Shown here: positions 54,651 through 63,248 of the stretch, in pieces
Position numbering within the stretch: position 1 is the first letter of the stretch
Layout: every line of letters starts with the position of its first letter
NCBI GenBank assembly: GCA_037441705.1
Contig: JBBIRR010000021.1
Location: 1 to 64,000, forward strand
Source: Ignavibacteriales bacterium
GTDB lineage: Bacteria; Bacteroidota; Ignavibacteria; UBA10030; UBA6906
Length of the DNA stretch: 64,000 bases
Direction of reading: 5' to 3'
Position numbers and translations under genes: made by a program
The notes under the pieces: model-generated
Seen by the model: only the letters and a program-made list of their open reading frames with translations
Databases searched by the model: none
What the model was told of the DNA's origin: nothing

Positions 54651-56246
54651 ATGGCTAAAGCAGACAATGGAACCGGCAGGAAGGGAACCTTCAGCGACGC
54701 GCGCATGAGCGTGGCCCGAAGGTACATCCGCCCGCTGACGCGCAAGCAGATGGTGATGATTGGAGGGATTGGCTGCGCGATCGTTGCTTTGTATTACATG
54801 GTAGATTCGTTCGCCCTCGGCAATACGTTCATCTCCAGCGGCAACGTTTCGTCGAATCACGCCAACTTCGAAAGCGATTGCGTGAAGTGTCATCGTCCAT
54901 TTCGTGGGACACTCGATGCGCAGTGCTCAACCTGTCATGAGAAGACGAAAGATCGGTTAGGTGTGTACAGCTTCGCTGCGCATTACGTGTACAGGTCGGA
55001 AGATCCCGCACGCATCCAGCCTGCTCGTTCGCGCTATGGTTCGACCGAGCAGCAATGTGCCTCGTGCCATCCCGATCATCGGGGCCGGCACGCTGCGATA
55101 ACGGAAGTGCCCGATGGACGATGCGCGTCCTGCCACTACCGATCCTTCACCGGCGACCACCCGGAGTTCGCCTTTGCGCGAACGCTTGCGCCCGATGACT
55201 CGACGTTGAAGATGACGCATGTGAAGCATACGAAGGAAGTGCTGAAGAAACTCAACACCACCAACATCGAGTCGGCGTGCCTGTACTGTCACAATGCCGA
55301 TAAGCAGGGCAAGGGTTTTCTGCCGCTGGATTACGACAGGCATTGCGGCGACTGCCATCTGACCACCTCATCGGAAACGCCCTCGCTTGCTATCAAGGAT
55401 CCGGCAAGCGATGCCAGTCCGGGTGTTGAAACACTCGAGATGATTCAACGCCGCAGGGGACCCGGCACGCTCTGGGCGTTTTACACCAATCCGAACGAAT
55501 TCAACGTAAGCGGCAACCGTGTGCGGAAATCTCCCGTGTATCATCGTGATCCGTGGATTCTCGAAAACCTGAAACAACTGCGACGCTCGTTGTTTGCCGA
55601 TACGACACTCGCCGACCTTCTTAATACTATCGCGGCCGATGGGCGAACGGATACCCGCCGCATGTATCGCGATGCGATTGCAATGTTGCAGCAATATGCT
55701 CTCGGGCTTCGATCGCGGCCCGAGCCTGAAATTCAGGCCGAGCTGCTGCGCATCGACTCATTGCTGAAGGTCGCGCAACAGCGATTGAGCGACGGCGGAA
55801 CGCTGCCCGATCTTCTGCCGGCGCTCACGCGGGGCGCTGCGAATCCCGGCCTCACCGATGCACAGCGACAGGCAATCGAAGACTTTGCGCTCAGACTGAG
55901 CAAGCCGTGTCTCGAATGTCACGAAGTGTCGGGCGCAGCAATTGTAGCGGTGAAGGCAAGTCAGCGCACGTTGCTTCGCGCCGAGTTTGACCATCGGGCA
56001 CACATCACGCAGCGCCGATGCCTGGAGTGCCACGATGCCATCCCCGTTGCAGAAGCGCTTGCAGGTGACACGTCCGGCGTGGCGCTGCTCGACAGAGCAT
56101 CGACGAACAATATCCCCAAGAAAGAAAACTGCATGCAGTGTCACTCGCCGACGCAAGCCTCGAGCAGTTGTGTGACGTGCCACTACATGCATCCGAACAA
56201 GGAGAATCGCGGCAACCTGCAACTGTTTGTCGAGAGGAAGCAATGA
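54651..56246 (+). CDS. Membrane-anchored decaheme c-type cytochrome (cytochrome c3/c7-like motifs)
   Basis: N-terminal TM helix; 10 CxxCH motifs (CVKCH, CSTCH, CASCH x2, CLYCH, CGDCH, CLECH x2, CMQCH, CVTCH); MTHVKH and FDHRAH distal-His motifs. Confidence 0.92.
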   Translation: MAKADNGTGRKGTFSDARMSVARRYIRPLTRKQMVMIGGIGCAIVALYYMVDSFALGNTFISSGNVSSNHANFESDCVKCHRPFRGTLDAQCSTCHEKTKDRLGVYSFAAHYVYRSEDPARIQPARSRYGSTEQQCASCHPDHRGRHAAITEVPDGRCASCHYRSFTGDHPEFAFARTLAPDDSTLKMTHVKHTKEVLKKLNTTNIESACLYCHNADKQGKGFLPLDYDRHCGDCHLTTSSETPSLAIKDPASDASPGVETLEMIQRRRGPGTLWAFYTNPNEFNVSGNRVRKSPVYHRDPWILENLKQLRRSLFADTTLADLLNTIAADGRTDTRRMYRDAIAMLQQYALGLRSRPEPEIQAELLRIDSLLKVAQQRLSDGGTLPDLLPALTRGAANPGLTDAQRQAIEDFALRLSKPCLECHEVSGAAIVAVKASQRTLLRAEFDHRAHITQRRCLECHDAIPVAEALAGDTSGVALLDRASTNNIPKKENCMQCHSPTQASSSCVTCHYMHPNKENRGNLQLFVERKQ

Positions 56247-57142
56247 CGGCACGTTTGTTCTGCAAGACAGGTCAACTTGCCGGAGCCAGCTTCGAGTTCA
56301 CCAAAGAGGCGACGATCGGGAAGCAACCCGGAAACACGATACAACTTTATCCGGCACTCATCTCGGGCAGGCATGCACGCATTTTCTTCGATGAGAAGGA
56401 GAATGCCTACTTCATAGAAGATTTGAACAGCCGCAACGGAACCAAGGTGGATGGGATGCGGGTGAGTGGGAAAGAGCGGCTCGGAAAGCTGCATGTTATC
56501 ACGTTTGCCAACACATTTGATTTTTTCTTTCAAGTTCTCGACGCGCCGGTTCGTGCCGATGCAGAGCCGACGATCTCGAAGAAGCCGGTGCAACAAGACG
56601 AACAGAAAGCCAAGCCGGCAGCGCCACGTGCAGAGCCGCAGGCAGCTCCTGCGACCCGTTCACAAACCATTTATGACGATGGGGGCATCTTTGCTCCGGG
56701 CCTCCTCGACGAGCAGGCGGCACCCTCTCCGTCATCGGACGATAAGCAGCGGACGAAAGTGGGGGTAGACATAACACCGGTACCGTCGTTCGTCGAGCCT
56801 TCAAAGCCGCCGAAGTCAGTACAAGATGGTGAAGCTGCAGGCGCATTTGTTCTTGTGTTCGAGTCGCTGCAAGGCAAACCACAGGCGTTCGATCTCAAGG
56901 AGGGAATAACTGTTGTTGGAAGAGAGGCGGGATGTACGATAGTAGTTGAAGATCCTTCCGTGTCCCGCAGACACGCCGAGCTTGTGCTCAAAGGAGGCAG
57001 ACTGACGATCAAAGATCTCGGCAGCAAGAATCATACGTACATTGACGAGCAGCGCATCGCGAAAGAGGTTGAAGTGACCGAGGGACGGGCAATAACGTTC
57101 GGCCTGGTGCGAGCGCGTTTGGTGCGGAAGCCAATACGGTAG
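56243..57142 (+). CDS. Double FHA-domain protein with low-complexity linker
   Basis: ATGA overlap; IGK...ISGRHARI...DLNSRNGT and VGR...VSRRHAEL...DLGSKNHT. Confidence 0.9.
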   Translation: MTARLFCKTGQLAGASFEFTKEATIGKQPGNTIQLYPALISGRHARIFFDEKENAYFIEDLNSRNGTKVDGMRVSGKERLGKLHVITFANTFDFFFQVLDAPVRADAEPTISKKPVQQDEQKAKPAAPRAEPQAAPATRSQTIYDDGGIFAPGLLDEQAAPSPSSDDKQRTKVGVDITPVPSFVEPSKPPKSVQDGEAAGAFVLVFESLQGKPQAFDLKEGITVVGREAGCTIVVEDPSVSRRHAELVLKGGRLTIKDLGSKNHTYIDEQRIAKEVEVTEGRAITFGLVRARLVRKPIR

Positions 57143-57252
57143 TGCAGTTCGCGCTGGCTGTCATGGCGTACAGTGCTTATCCTGCGCCGTGACAGGCCGG
57201 CCGGGCTGAGCGCATAGCGCACGCGCATTCTAATATAAAAGCATGAGTTCCA

Positions 57253-59538
57253 ATGTCCATTAGTGAATTTGCATACGAGCCTGACGGCACGCTTGTGCTG
57301 AGGAAGGCGGTGCGACTGCCGGACGTGCTCGACCTGTTAGTTGTCGGTGCTGGACCTGCAGGAACCGCCGCGGCATTTCGCGCGGTGGAGTTGGGATTGA
57401 GCGTGCTTGTGATTGACTACGATGACATCCTCAAGCGCATCCGAGACTATCCCAAGGACAAACTCATCCTTCCGGACTTCGGTGGCGGCGACCAGATGCG
57501 CTTTCCTAAAGGAGGCAAGCTCATCTCATCCCTTCATTTCTCTCCCATAGATAAGGATGAGTTGGTTGCTTCCTGGAAGCAGTTGTATGTCGAGAACAAT
57601 GTGCCGGCCAAAATTGGTGTCGAGCTTCTCAGCATCACGCGCAGCAACGGCATGTGGGAGGTGAAAGTGTGGAACTACAACGTCAGGGACGAGTACTTGC
57701 TTCGCGCACAACACATTGCCATCGGCATTGGCCGAGGAGTGCCCCGGCGCTTCGACATTCCCGGCAACACAGATGGCATCGCGTACCGTCTTGCCGATCC
57801 GCAAGCGTACGTCAACGGACCTGCGCTCGTTATCGGCGGTGGAACATCGGCAGCCGAGGCAGTCATTGCCATCTCGAACGCGAAAGCAAAAGCCGCCGAT
57901 CGCTCGGCTGTATACTGGTCCTATCGCGGCGAGAAGCTGCCGAAAGTCTCCAAGGCCCTTGCCGACGTGTTCTTCGAAGCCTACATCGGCAACGGCAATA
58001 TCCGTTACTTCCCGAACAGCGAGCCGGTTGCCGTCATTAGCGGCGACGATAGTCGGGATTATCTTTCGGTTCGAGTTGACCGAAAGACGATTGCCGGTCG
58101 CCCGAATGAGACGCAGCATCTTGAGTTTCCCAAAGAATCCTGCATCGCGTGCATCGGCGAAGACATCCCTGAAGCATTTCTCAACTCGCTCGGCATCACG
58201 ATGGTGACGGGTGGCCCGGCGCGCAAAAAGCGCATGTGTGTGACGCGGTTGCTCGAAACACAGCAACCCAACGTCTACCTCATCGGCGACATTTTGAGTC
58301 AGGCGTACTTAGAAACCGATGACTTCGCCGCCGATCCGGCCACGTTCCGCGAAGTGAAACATCGCGGTAACATCAAAGCAGGATTGATTGACGGCGTTCT
58401 CGTCGCCGAAGTCGTAGCCCAGCGTCTTGCCGGAAAAACGGAGATTGATGTGAAGGTAGAGTTTGAAGAGGCTGCAGGCGTCAGCGAACCGCCGAAGCCT
58501 GCAAGTCCACTTGCAACGATCTTCTCCAGTCTTCCACCTCCTGCGGAAAAGGAAGCAGCACCGCGCCGCGCCGTGCTTGTGCGTGTACTTGCCGGCGGCG
58601 TAGAAGAGGACGAATATCCCGTTGCCCTTCACGGCAGCGTTACCATCGGCAGGAAATTCTGCGACATCGTCTTTCCGGACGATACGCTCCTTTCCGAAAA
58701 GCATGCTGCGGTTACCTATGGGCCCGACGGATTCACGCTGCGCGACGAAGGGAGCCAGAACGGCGTGTTTCTTCGACTTGTGGAAGGGAAACCCAGAGAG
58801 GTGACAAACGGCGATCTCGTGCGTGCCGGTCGTCAATTTCTTCTCTTTCGTGTTGAGAACGGCGAGAGCGCCATGCTTCATTACGACCGCACAGGAAAGC
58901 GAGTCAACTCCTATCCTCTTTTCTCGGGAAAGACAGTTGTAGTTGGTCGGGAAGCTCCAGATATTACACTCGACACATCGGACATGACGCTTTCGCGCAG
59001 ACATCTTGCCGTATCCGTAAAAGAAGGAGCGATCTTGGTCAAAGATCTCAAGAGCGTGAACGGTACGTATCTCAAAGTGCGCAACGTCGTTTCCCTTGAG
59101 CCGGGCGACGTGTTCCGGGTGGGCAGTCAGGCATTCAAGCTCCAGTGGGTGGAGGAGGGACCGGCGAGTTTACGCGTAAGCACGAAACCTCCTTCGGCTC
59201 CGAAGCCTGTTTCGCCAAAGCCAGCGCCGGAAGTCCCGAAGGCGGCAGCGATGACGGTGACGTTCAAGAACGTCGGCAAAACTGTTGCATTCGATGCGGG
59301 ACAAACGATCTGCGCTATTGCGGAGAAGAACGGTATCAAGATCGTTGCCGAGTGCCACGCGGGGATTTGCGGAAGCGATCCGATTCGGGTAATTTCCGGT
59401 AGAGAGTGTCTCGGCCCCATCAGCGATGAGGAGAAGGGGACACTCGAAGACATCTGTGGGCATGTTGCCGGAGAATACCGGCTGGCCTGCATGGCAAAAC
59501 CAAGCGCTCCTGTTGAAGTGGAGATTCTCAGCTCGTGA
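57253..59538 (+). CDS. FAD/NAD(P)H oxidoreductase (thioredoxin-reductase/YpdA-like) fused to two FHA domains and a C-terminal [2Fe-2S] ferredoxin
   Basis: VVGAGPAG, VIGGGTSAAE, WSYRG, ETQQPNVYLIGD; FHA IGR..SEKH..SQNG and VGR..SRRH..SVNGT; ECHAGICGSD...RLAC. Confidence 0.88.
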   Translation: MSISEFAYEPDGTLVLRKAVRLPDVLDLLVVGAGPAGTAAAFRAVELGLSVLVIDYDDILKRIRDYPKDKLILPDFGGGDQMRFPKGGKLISSLHFSPIDKDELVASWKQLYVENNVPAKIGVELLSITRSNGMWEVKVWNYNVRDEYLLRAQHIAIGIGRGVPRRFDIPGNTDGIAYRLADPQAYVNGPALVIGGGTSAAEAVIAISNAKAKAADRSAVYWSYRGEKLPKVSKALADVFFEAYIGNGNIRYFPNSEPVAVISGDDSRDYLSVRVDRKTIAGRPNETQHLEFPKESCIACIGEDIPEAFLNSLGITMVTGGPARKKRMCVTRLLETQQPNVYLIGDILSQAYLETDDFAADPATFREVKHRGNIKAGLIDGVLVAEVVAQRLAGKTEIDVKVEFEEAAGVSEPPKPASPLATIFSSLPPPAEKEAAPRRAVLVRVLAGGVEEDEYPVALHGSVTIGRKFCDIVFPDDTLLSEKHAAVTYGPDGFTLRDEGSQNGVFLRLVEGKPREVTNGDLVRAGRQFLLFRVENGESAMLHYDRTGKRVNSYPLFSGKTVVVGREAPDITLDTSDMTLSRRHLAVSVKEGAILVKDLKSVNGTYLKVRNVVSLEPGDVFRVGSQAFKLQWVEEGPASLRVSTKPPSAPKPVSPKPAPEVPKAAAMTVTFKNVGKTVAFDAGQTICAIAEKNGIKIVAECHAGICGSDPIRVISGRECLGPISDEEKGTLEDICGHVAGEYRLACMAKPSAPVEVEILSS

Positions 59539-60317
59539 GAACATTAACCTACGCCGGCAAAACCGATATTGGAAGAGTGCGTGATGAGAATCAGGATGCG
59601 ATGGGGAAATTTCCCAGCGACTCGCTCGATCTCGACACACCCAAAGGCCAGCTCTTGATTGTTGCGGATGGGATGGGCGGACACGCGGGCGGTCGAGAAG
59701 CGAGCCGTCTTGCTGTCGAAACGATTGCGCGGGTCTATTTCGCGTCCGATATGCCGGTCGCCGAAAGCCTGAAACGCTCATTCAAGGAAGCGAACAAGGC
59801 GATCTACGACTACAGCGTCAACAATCCGCAGTATTACGGGATGGGCACAACGTGCATCGCTCTTGTGCTGCAAAACGCCGCAGCATACGCCGCGCACATA
59901 GGCGACAGCCGCCTGTACCATATCAATGGCCACAGCATCAAGCAATTGACGCGCGATCACTCGAAAGTGGCAGAGATGGTTCGTCGCGGCATGCTCACTC
60001 CCGAAGAGGCACGGTGGCACCCCGAGCGCTCTATGCTCTACCGTGCCATGGGAGTAGTTCTCAATGTGGAGTTCGATTTTCTCAACGGCATCGTGTTGGG
60101 GTCCGACGATTACCTCGTGCAATGCACCGACGGCCTCACCGCATACGTGGAGCCTGAAGAACTCCGTGAGGTTGTTGTGAGCAACTCGCCGCAAGAAGCC
60201 TGCGACGTGCTGGTGGACCTTGCCAACAGCCGCGGCGGACACGACAACATCACCGTGCAGATCGCCCACGTGCGGGGCGGAAACGGATTCCTGAAAACGT
60301 TCTTGCGCTCTCGATAG
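59535..60317 (+). CDS. PP2C-family Ser/Thr protein phosphatase (Stp1/PrpC-like)
   Basis: GTGA overlap; TDIGRVRDENQD, VADGMGGHAGG, HIGDSRLY, CTDGL, GGHDNITV. Confidence 0.95.
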   Translation: MRTLTYAGKTDIGRVRDENQDAMGKFPSDSLDLDTPKGQLLIVADGMGGHAGGREASRLAVETIARVYFASDMPVAESLKRSFKEANKAIYDYSVNNPQYYGMGTTCIALVLQNAAAYAAHIGDSRLYHINGHSIKQLTRDHSKVAEMVRRGMLTPEEARWHPERSMLYRAMGVVLNVEFDFLNGIVLGSDDYLVQCTDGLTAYVEPEELREVVVSNSPQEACDVLVDLANSRGGHDNITVQIAHVRGGNGFLKTFLRSR

Positions 60318-60320
60318 GTC

Positions 60321-62123
60321 ATGCAATCAATCATCGGCAAAGTTGTTGACACATACGAGATCACCGGCATTCTCGGCAAGGGAGGCATGGGCGTTGTGTA
60401 CAAAGCGAAGGACATGACGCTCGATCGGGACGTGGCGCTGAAAATGATGGACGCCAATCTTGCGCGCGATGAGGAGTTCCTCAAGCGATTCAAATCCGAA
60501 GCGAAAGCGCTCGCGAAGCTGCAGAATCGCAACATCGTCAGCGTCTTTGCACTGCGGGAGACGGAGTTGGGCCTGGCGCTTGTGATGGAGTTTGTTGACG
60601 GCACGACGCTGGCGGATCAGCTTCGCCTGCAGGGCCCGATTCCGCTGGCGCGCACAATGCATATCTTCAAGCAAATCCTCGGCGCACTGGGCGACGCGCA
60701 TCGCAATAACGTCATCCATCGAGACATCAAGCCGAGCAACGTGATGTTGACGAAAGACGATGTCGTGAAGGTGACGGACTTCGGGCTTGCCAAGATTCAG
60801 CAGGTCTCCGGCGCTACCGTGACGATGGGAACGGGCGGCACTTTGTATTACATGTCACCTGAGCAGATCCGCGGGCTTGCCAATGTTGATCAACGCGGCG
60901 ATATCTACTCGATCGGCATGACGCTCTACGAGACGGTGACCGGACGTGTGCCCTTCGGAAATGATCTGACCGATTTCGACATCCGGCAGATGATTGTGGA
61001 AGGAAAAATTCCGCCGCCCGAGCGATTCAATGCCGCGCTTCCGAAGGAGCTTGTGCAGGTCATCGTGAAATCCATCCACAAAGATCCCAACAAGCGTTTC
61101 CAGTCATGCGAAGAAATGTCCGCTGCCCTCGGGGCGATTGAACTGAAGCCGGAAGATGGCGAGGTCAAACGGGCGACCGTCGAGCCCCCGCCGCGCCTGC
61201 CCAAGTACAAACCGCGCCCGTCGCCGAAGCGGCCACTTTTTGTGACGCTCGGGGCAGGAGTCGTTCTGATTGCCGGTTTGTTCATTGCTCGTTCGTACCT
61301 CTTTCCGCCAACGGGTATGCTGAGCATCGATTCCGACCCGCCCGGCTCAACGATTTCGGTTAACGGAAACGCTGCAGGCGTAACACCGTTGGAAAACATC
61401 TCGCTCGCCGCAGGCAAGATTGTGGTTGAAGTTGACAAAGAAGGGTATTATCGGAAGGACACGACTCTTTCCCTCGACGCGGGGCAGAACGTTTCCCTGC
61501 TTATCACTCTTACAAAACTTCCGACGCAAACCGCCGCACAGCGGGAGGAGACAGCGGCGGGCAGCGAGCAGAAACAGGCCGTTCAGCAGCCGATCTCTGA
61601 GCGAAGAACCGAGAATGTAACCACCGTGCCGGCGGAGCGAAAACCAGCTCCGGCTACCCGCGGCGAAACGGCTGCTCCTGCGCGCGCCGCGCTTGTGCTG
61701 CGTGCGGTGCCGTCAGGCTCCGTCGTTGTGGACGGCGGACCAAGAACAAATCTCGGTTCGTCGGCCTCAAGCGTCGAGGTTGCTCCGGGTCAACGGACGA
61801 TCATCTTTGAACATCCGACCTACGGCAGCAAACGGATCAACGTCACATTGCAGCCGGGCGAACAAAGACAGCTCACGTGTTATTTCGAAACGTATCTCAG
61901 CGTAGCCACGACGGGCGATGCAGCGTGGGGACTGCTTGTGATTGATGGGAAAGCGACGGATGTGCAAACCCCCATTGATGGCTATCCCCTGGGGCCGGGC
62001 CGACATCGGATTTCCGTGAGCAAGATGGGCTATGAAACGGTGGAAGGCGAGAAGGTCGTGGTCGTCGAGCCGACGTTCGAGCGACGCGTCGAGCGCCTGT
62101 CCTTTACACTCAAACGAAAATAA
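60321..62123 (+). CDS. Hanks-type Ser/Thr kinase with TM helix and periplasmic PEGA domains
   Basis: LGKGGMGVVY, VALK, HRDIKPSN, DFGLAK, GTLYYMSPEQ; TM LFVTLGAGVVLIAGLFIA; PEGA SDPPGSTISVNG..GVTP. Confidence 0.95.
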   Translation: MQSIIGKVVDTYEITGILGKGGMGVVYKAKDMTLDRDVALKMMDANLARDEEFLKRFKSEAKALAKLQNRNIVSVFALRETELGLALVMEFVDGTTLADQLRLQGPIPLARTMHIFKQILGALGDAHRNNVIHRDIKPSNVMLTKDDVVKVTDFGLAKIQQVSGATVTMGTGGTLYYMSPEQIRGLANVDQRGDIYSIGMTLYETVTGRVPFGNDLTDFDIRQMIVEGKIPPPERFNAALPKELVQVIVKSIHKDPNKRFQSCEEMSAALGAIELKPEDGEVKRATVEPPPRLPKYKPRPSPKRPLFVTLGAGVVLIAGLFIARSYLFPPTGMLSIDSDPPGSTISVNGNAAGVTPLENISLAAGKIVVEVDKEGYYRKDTTLSLDAGQNVSLLITLTKLPTQTAAQREETAAGSEQKQAVQQPISERRTENVTTVPAERKPAPATRGETAAPARAALVLRAVPSGSVVVDGGPRTNLGSSASSVEVAPGQRTIIFEHPTYGSKRINVTLQPGEQRQLTCYFETYLSVATTGDAAWGLLVIDGKATDVQTPIDGYPLGPGRHRISVSKMGYETVEGEKVVVVEPTFERRVERLSFTLKRK

Positions 62124-62167
62124 CCGTCATCAATATCAATCATCACGATGAGAGGAAAGGGGACCCT

Positions 62168-63193
62168 ATGATTCGCGAAACGTTTTTGAAGGCAGGAATC
62201 AGCGTGATTCTGGTAATGCTTGCTGGAGGTAGCAGCGTTGCGCTTGCACAGTCGGACGCACACACGAAGTGGGAAGAAGCACAGAAGTTCTACAACTCCG
62301 CCAACTTCGACAAGGCAATTGAGCTGCTTCAGCCTCTTGCCGACGATAAGTCCCTTGACAAGAGCGCCCGGAAGAACGTCCTGCTGGCATTGGGACGCGC
62401 CCACATTGCCAAGGGCAACAAGAAAGGCGCACTGACGGCAATGCAGAAGTTGTTAGAGGTCGAGCCTCCGGTGATTGAACTCGACCCGGACGCCGAGTGC
62501 CCGCCGCTGATGAAGGTGTACTACGAAGCTCGGAAGGCGAAGTCCGGAACGACACAGGTGGAACGTCCCGACCCCGGCATTCGGACGATCGCTATACTCG
62601 ACTTCAAGAATCGCTCGGTCGATGACAAAGAAAAGTATGACCCGTTGGAGAAAGGTTTTGCCGAGTTGATGATTGATCAGCTCAACGGCGCCGTGGATTT
62701 GAAAGTGATCGAGCGAGAGCGTATCCAATGGATTCTCGAAGAGATTGGATTGGAGAATGATCCTTCCAAGTTCGATCAATCGTCCGCCGTCCGGGTGGGT
62801 AAGCAGCTTGGTGTGCATACGATCCTGCTGGGAAGTTTCATCAAAGTGAAAGATAAGATGAAGCTTCTTGCTCGATTGGTAAAGGTCGAGACGAGCGAGA
62901 TTCTCGCAACGGAGCAGGCCGAAGGAGACGCCGATGAGTTTTTCGAGGTTGCCGAGAACCTCAGCCTGAAGGTGGCAAAGAAGATCAACGCGGCATTGAC
63001 CAAAGCCGATGTGGAGAAAAACACCGAGACAAAGTCGCTTGATGCAATGATGTCGTATTCGGAAGGGTTGGTGTTGTTAGAGAAGGGGAATTACAAGGAC
63101 GCGTACGACAAGTTCATGCGTGCGCTGGAAATCGATCCGAATTACAACAAGGCACGCACGAAAGCCGAAAGCCTGAGGCCGCTGCTCGGATAG
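62168..63193 (+). CDS. Exported TPR + CsgG/HfaB (TolB-N-like) domain protein
   Basis: Signal peptide; N- and C-terminal TPRs; TIAILDFKN...LKVIERERIQWILEE...SAVRVGKQLGV...GSF...ARLVKVETSEIL. Confidence 0.85.
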   Translation: MIRETFLKAGISVILVMLAGGSSVALAQSDAHTKWEEAQKFYNSANFDKAIELLQPLADDKSLDKSARKNVLLALGRAHIAKGNKKGALTAMQKLLEVEPPVIELDPDAECPPLMKVYYEARKAKSGTTQVERPDPGIRTIAILDFKNRSVDDKEKYDPLEKGFAELMIDQLNGAVDLKVIERERIQWILEEIGLENDPSKFDQSSAVRVGKQLGVHTILLGSFIKVKDKMKLLARLVKVETSEILATEQAEGDADEFFEVAENLSLKVAKKINAALTKADVEKNTETKSLDAMMSYSEGLVLLEKGNYKDAYDKFMRALEIDPNYNKARTKAESLRPLLG

Positions 63194-63248
63194 CAGCACA
63201 ACGCGCGCTGTGCGCGTTCATTGTTTATCAATCAACGCTGGAGAATCT

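Noticed and set aside
45477-56246. Assignment as MtrCAB, NrfABCD or alternative complex III
   Set aside because: Gene sizes, heme spacing and domain fusions do not fit; no CxxCK motif, no NrfD-size 8-10 TM subunit and no molybdopterin-like subunit
56243-62123. Type VI secretion-associated Fha/PppA/PpkA module
   Set aside because: No tss core genes in the window, and the FHA domains are fused or coupled to redox proteins
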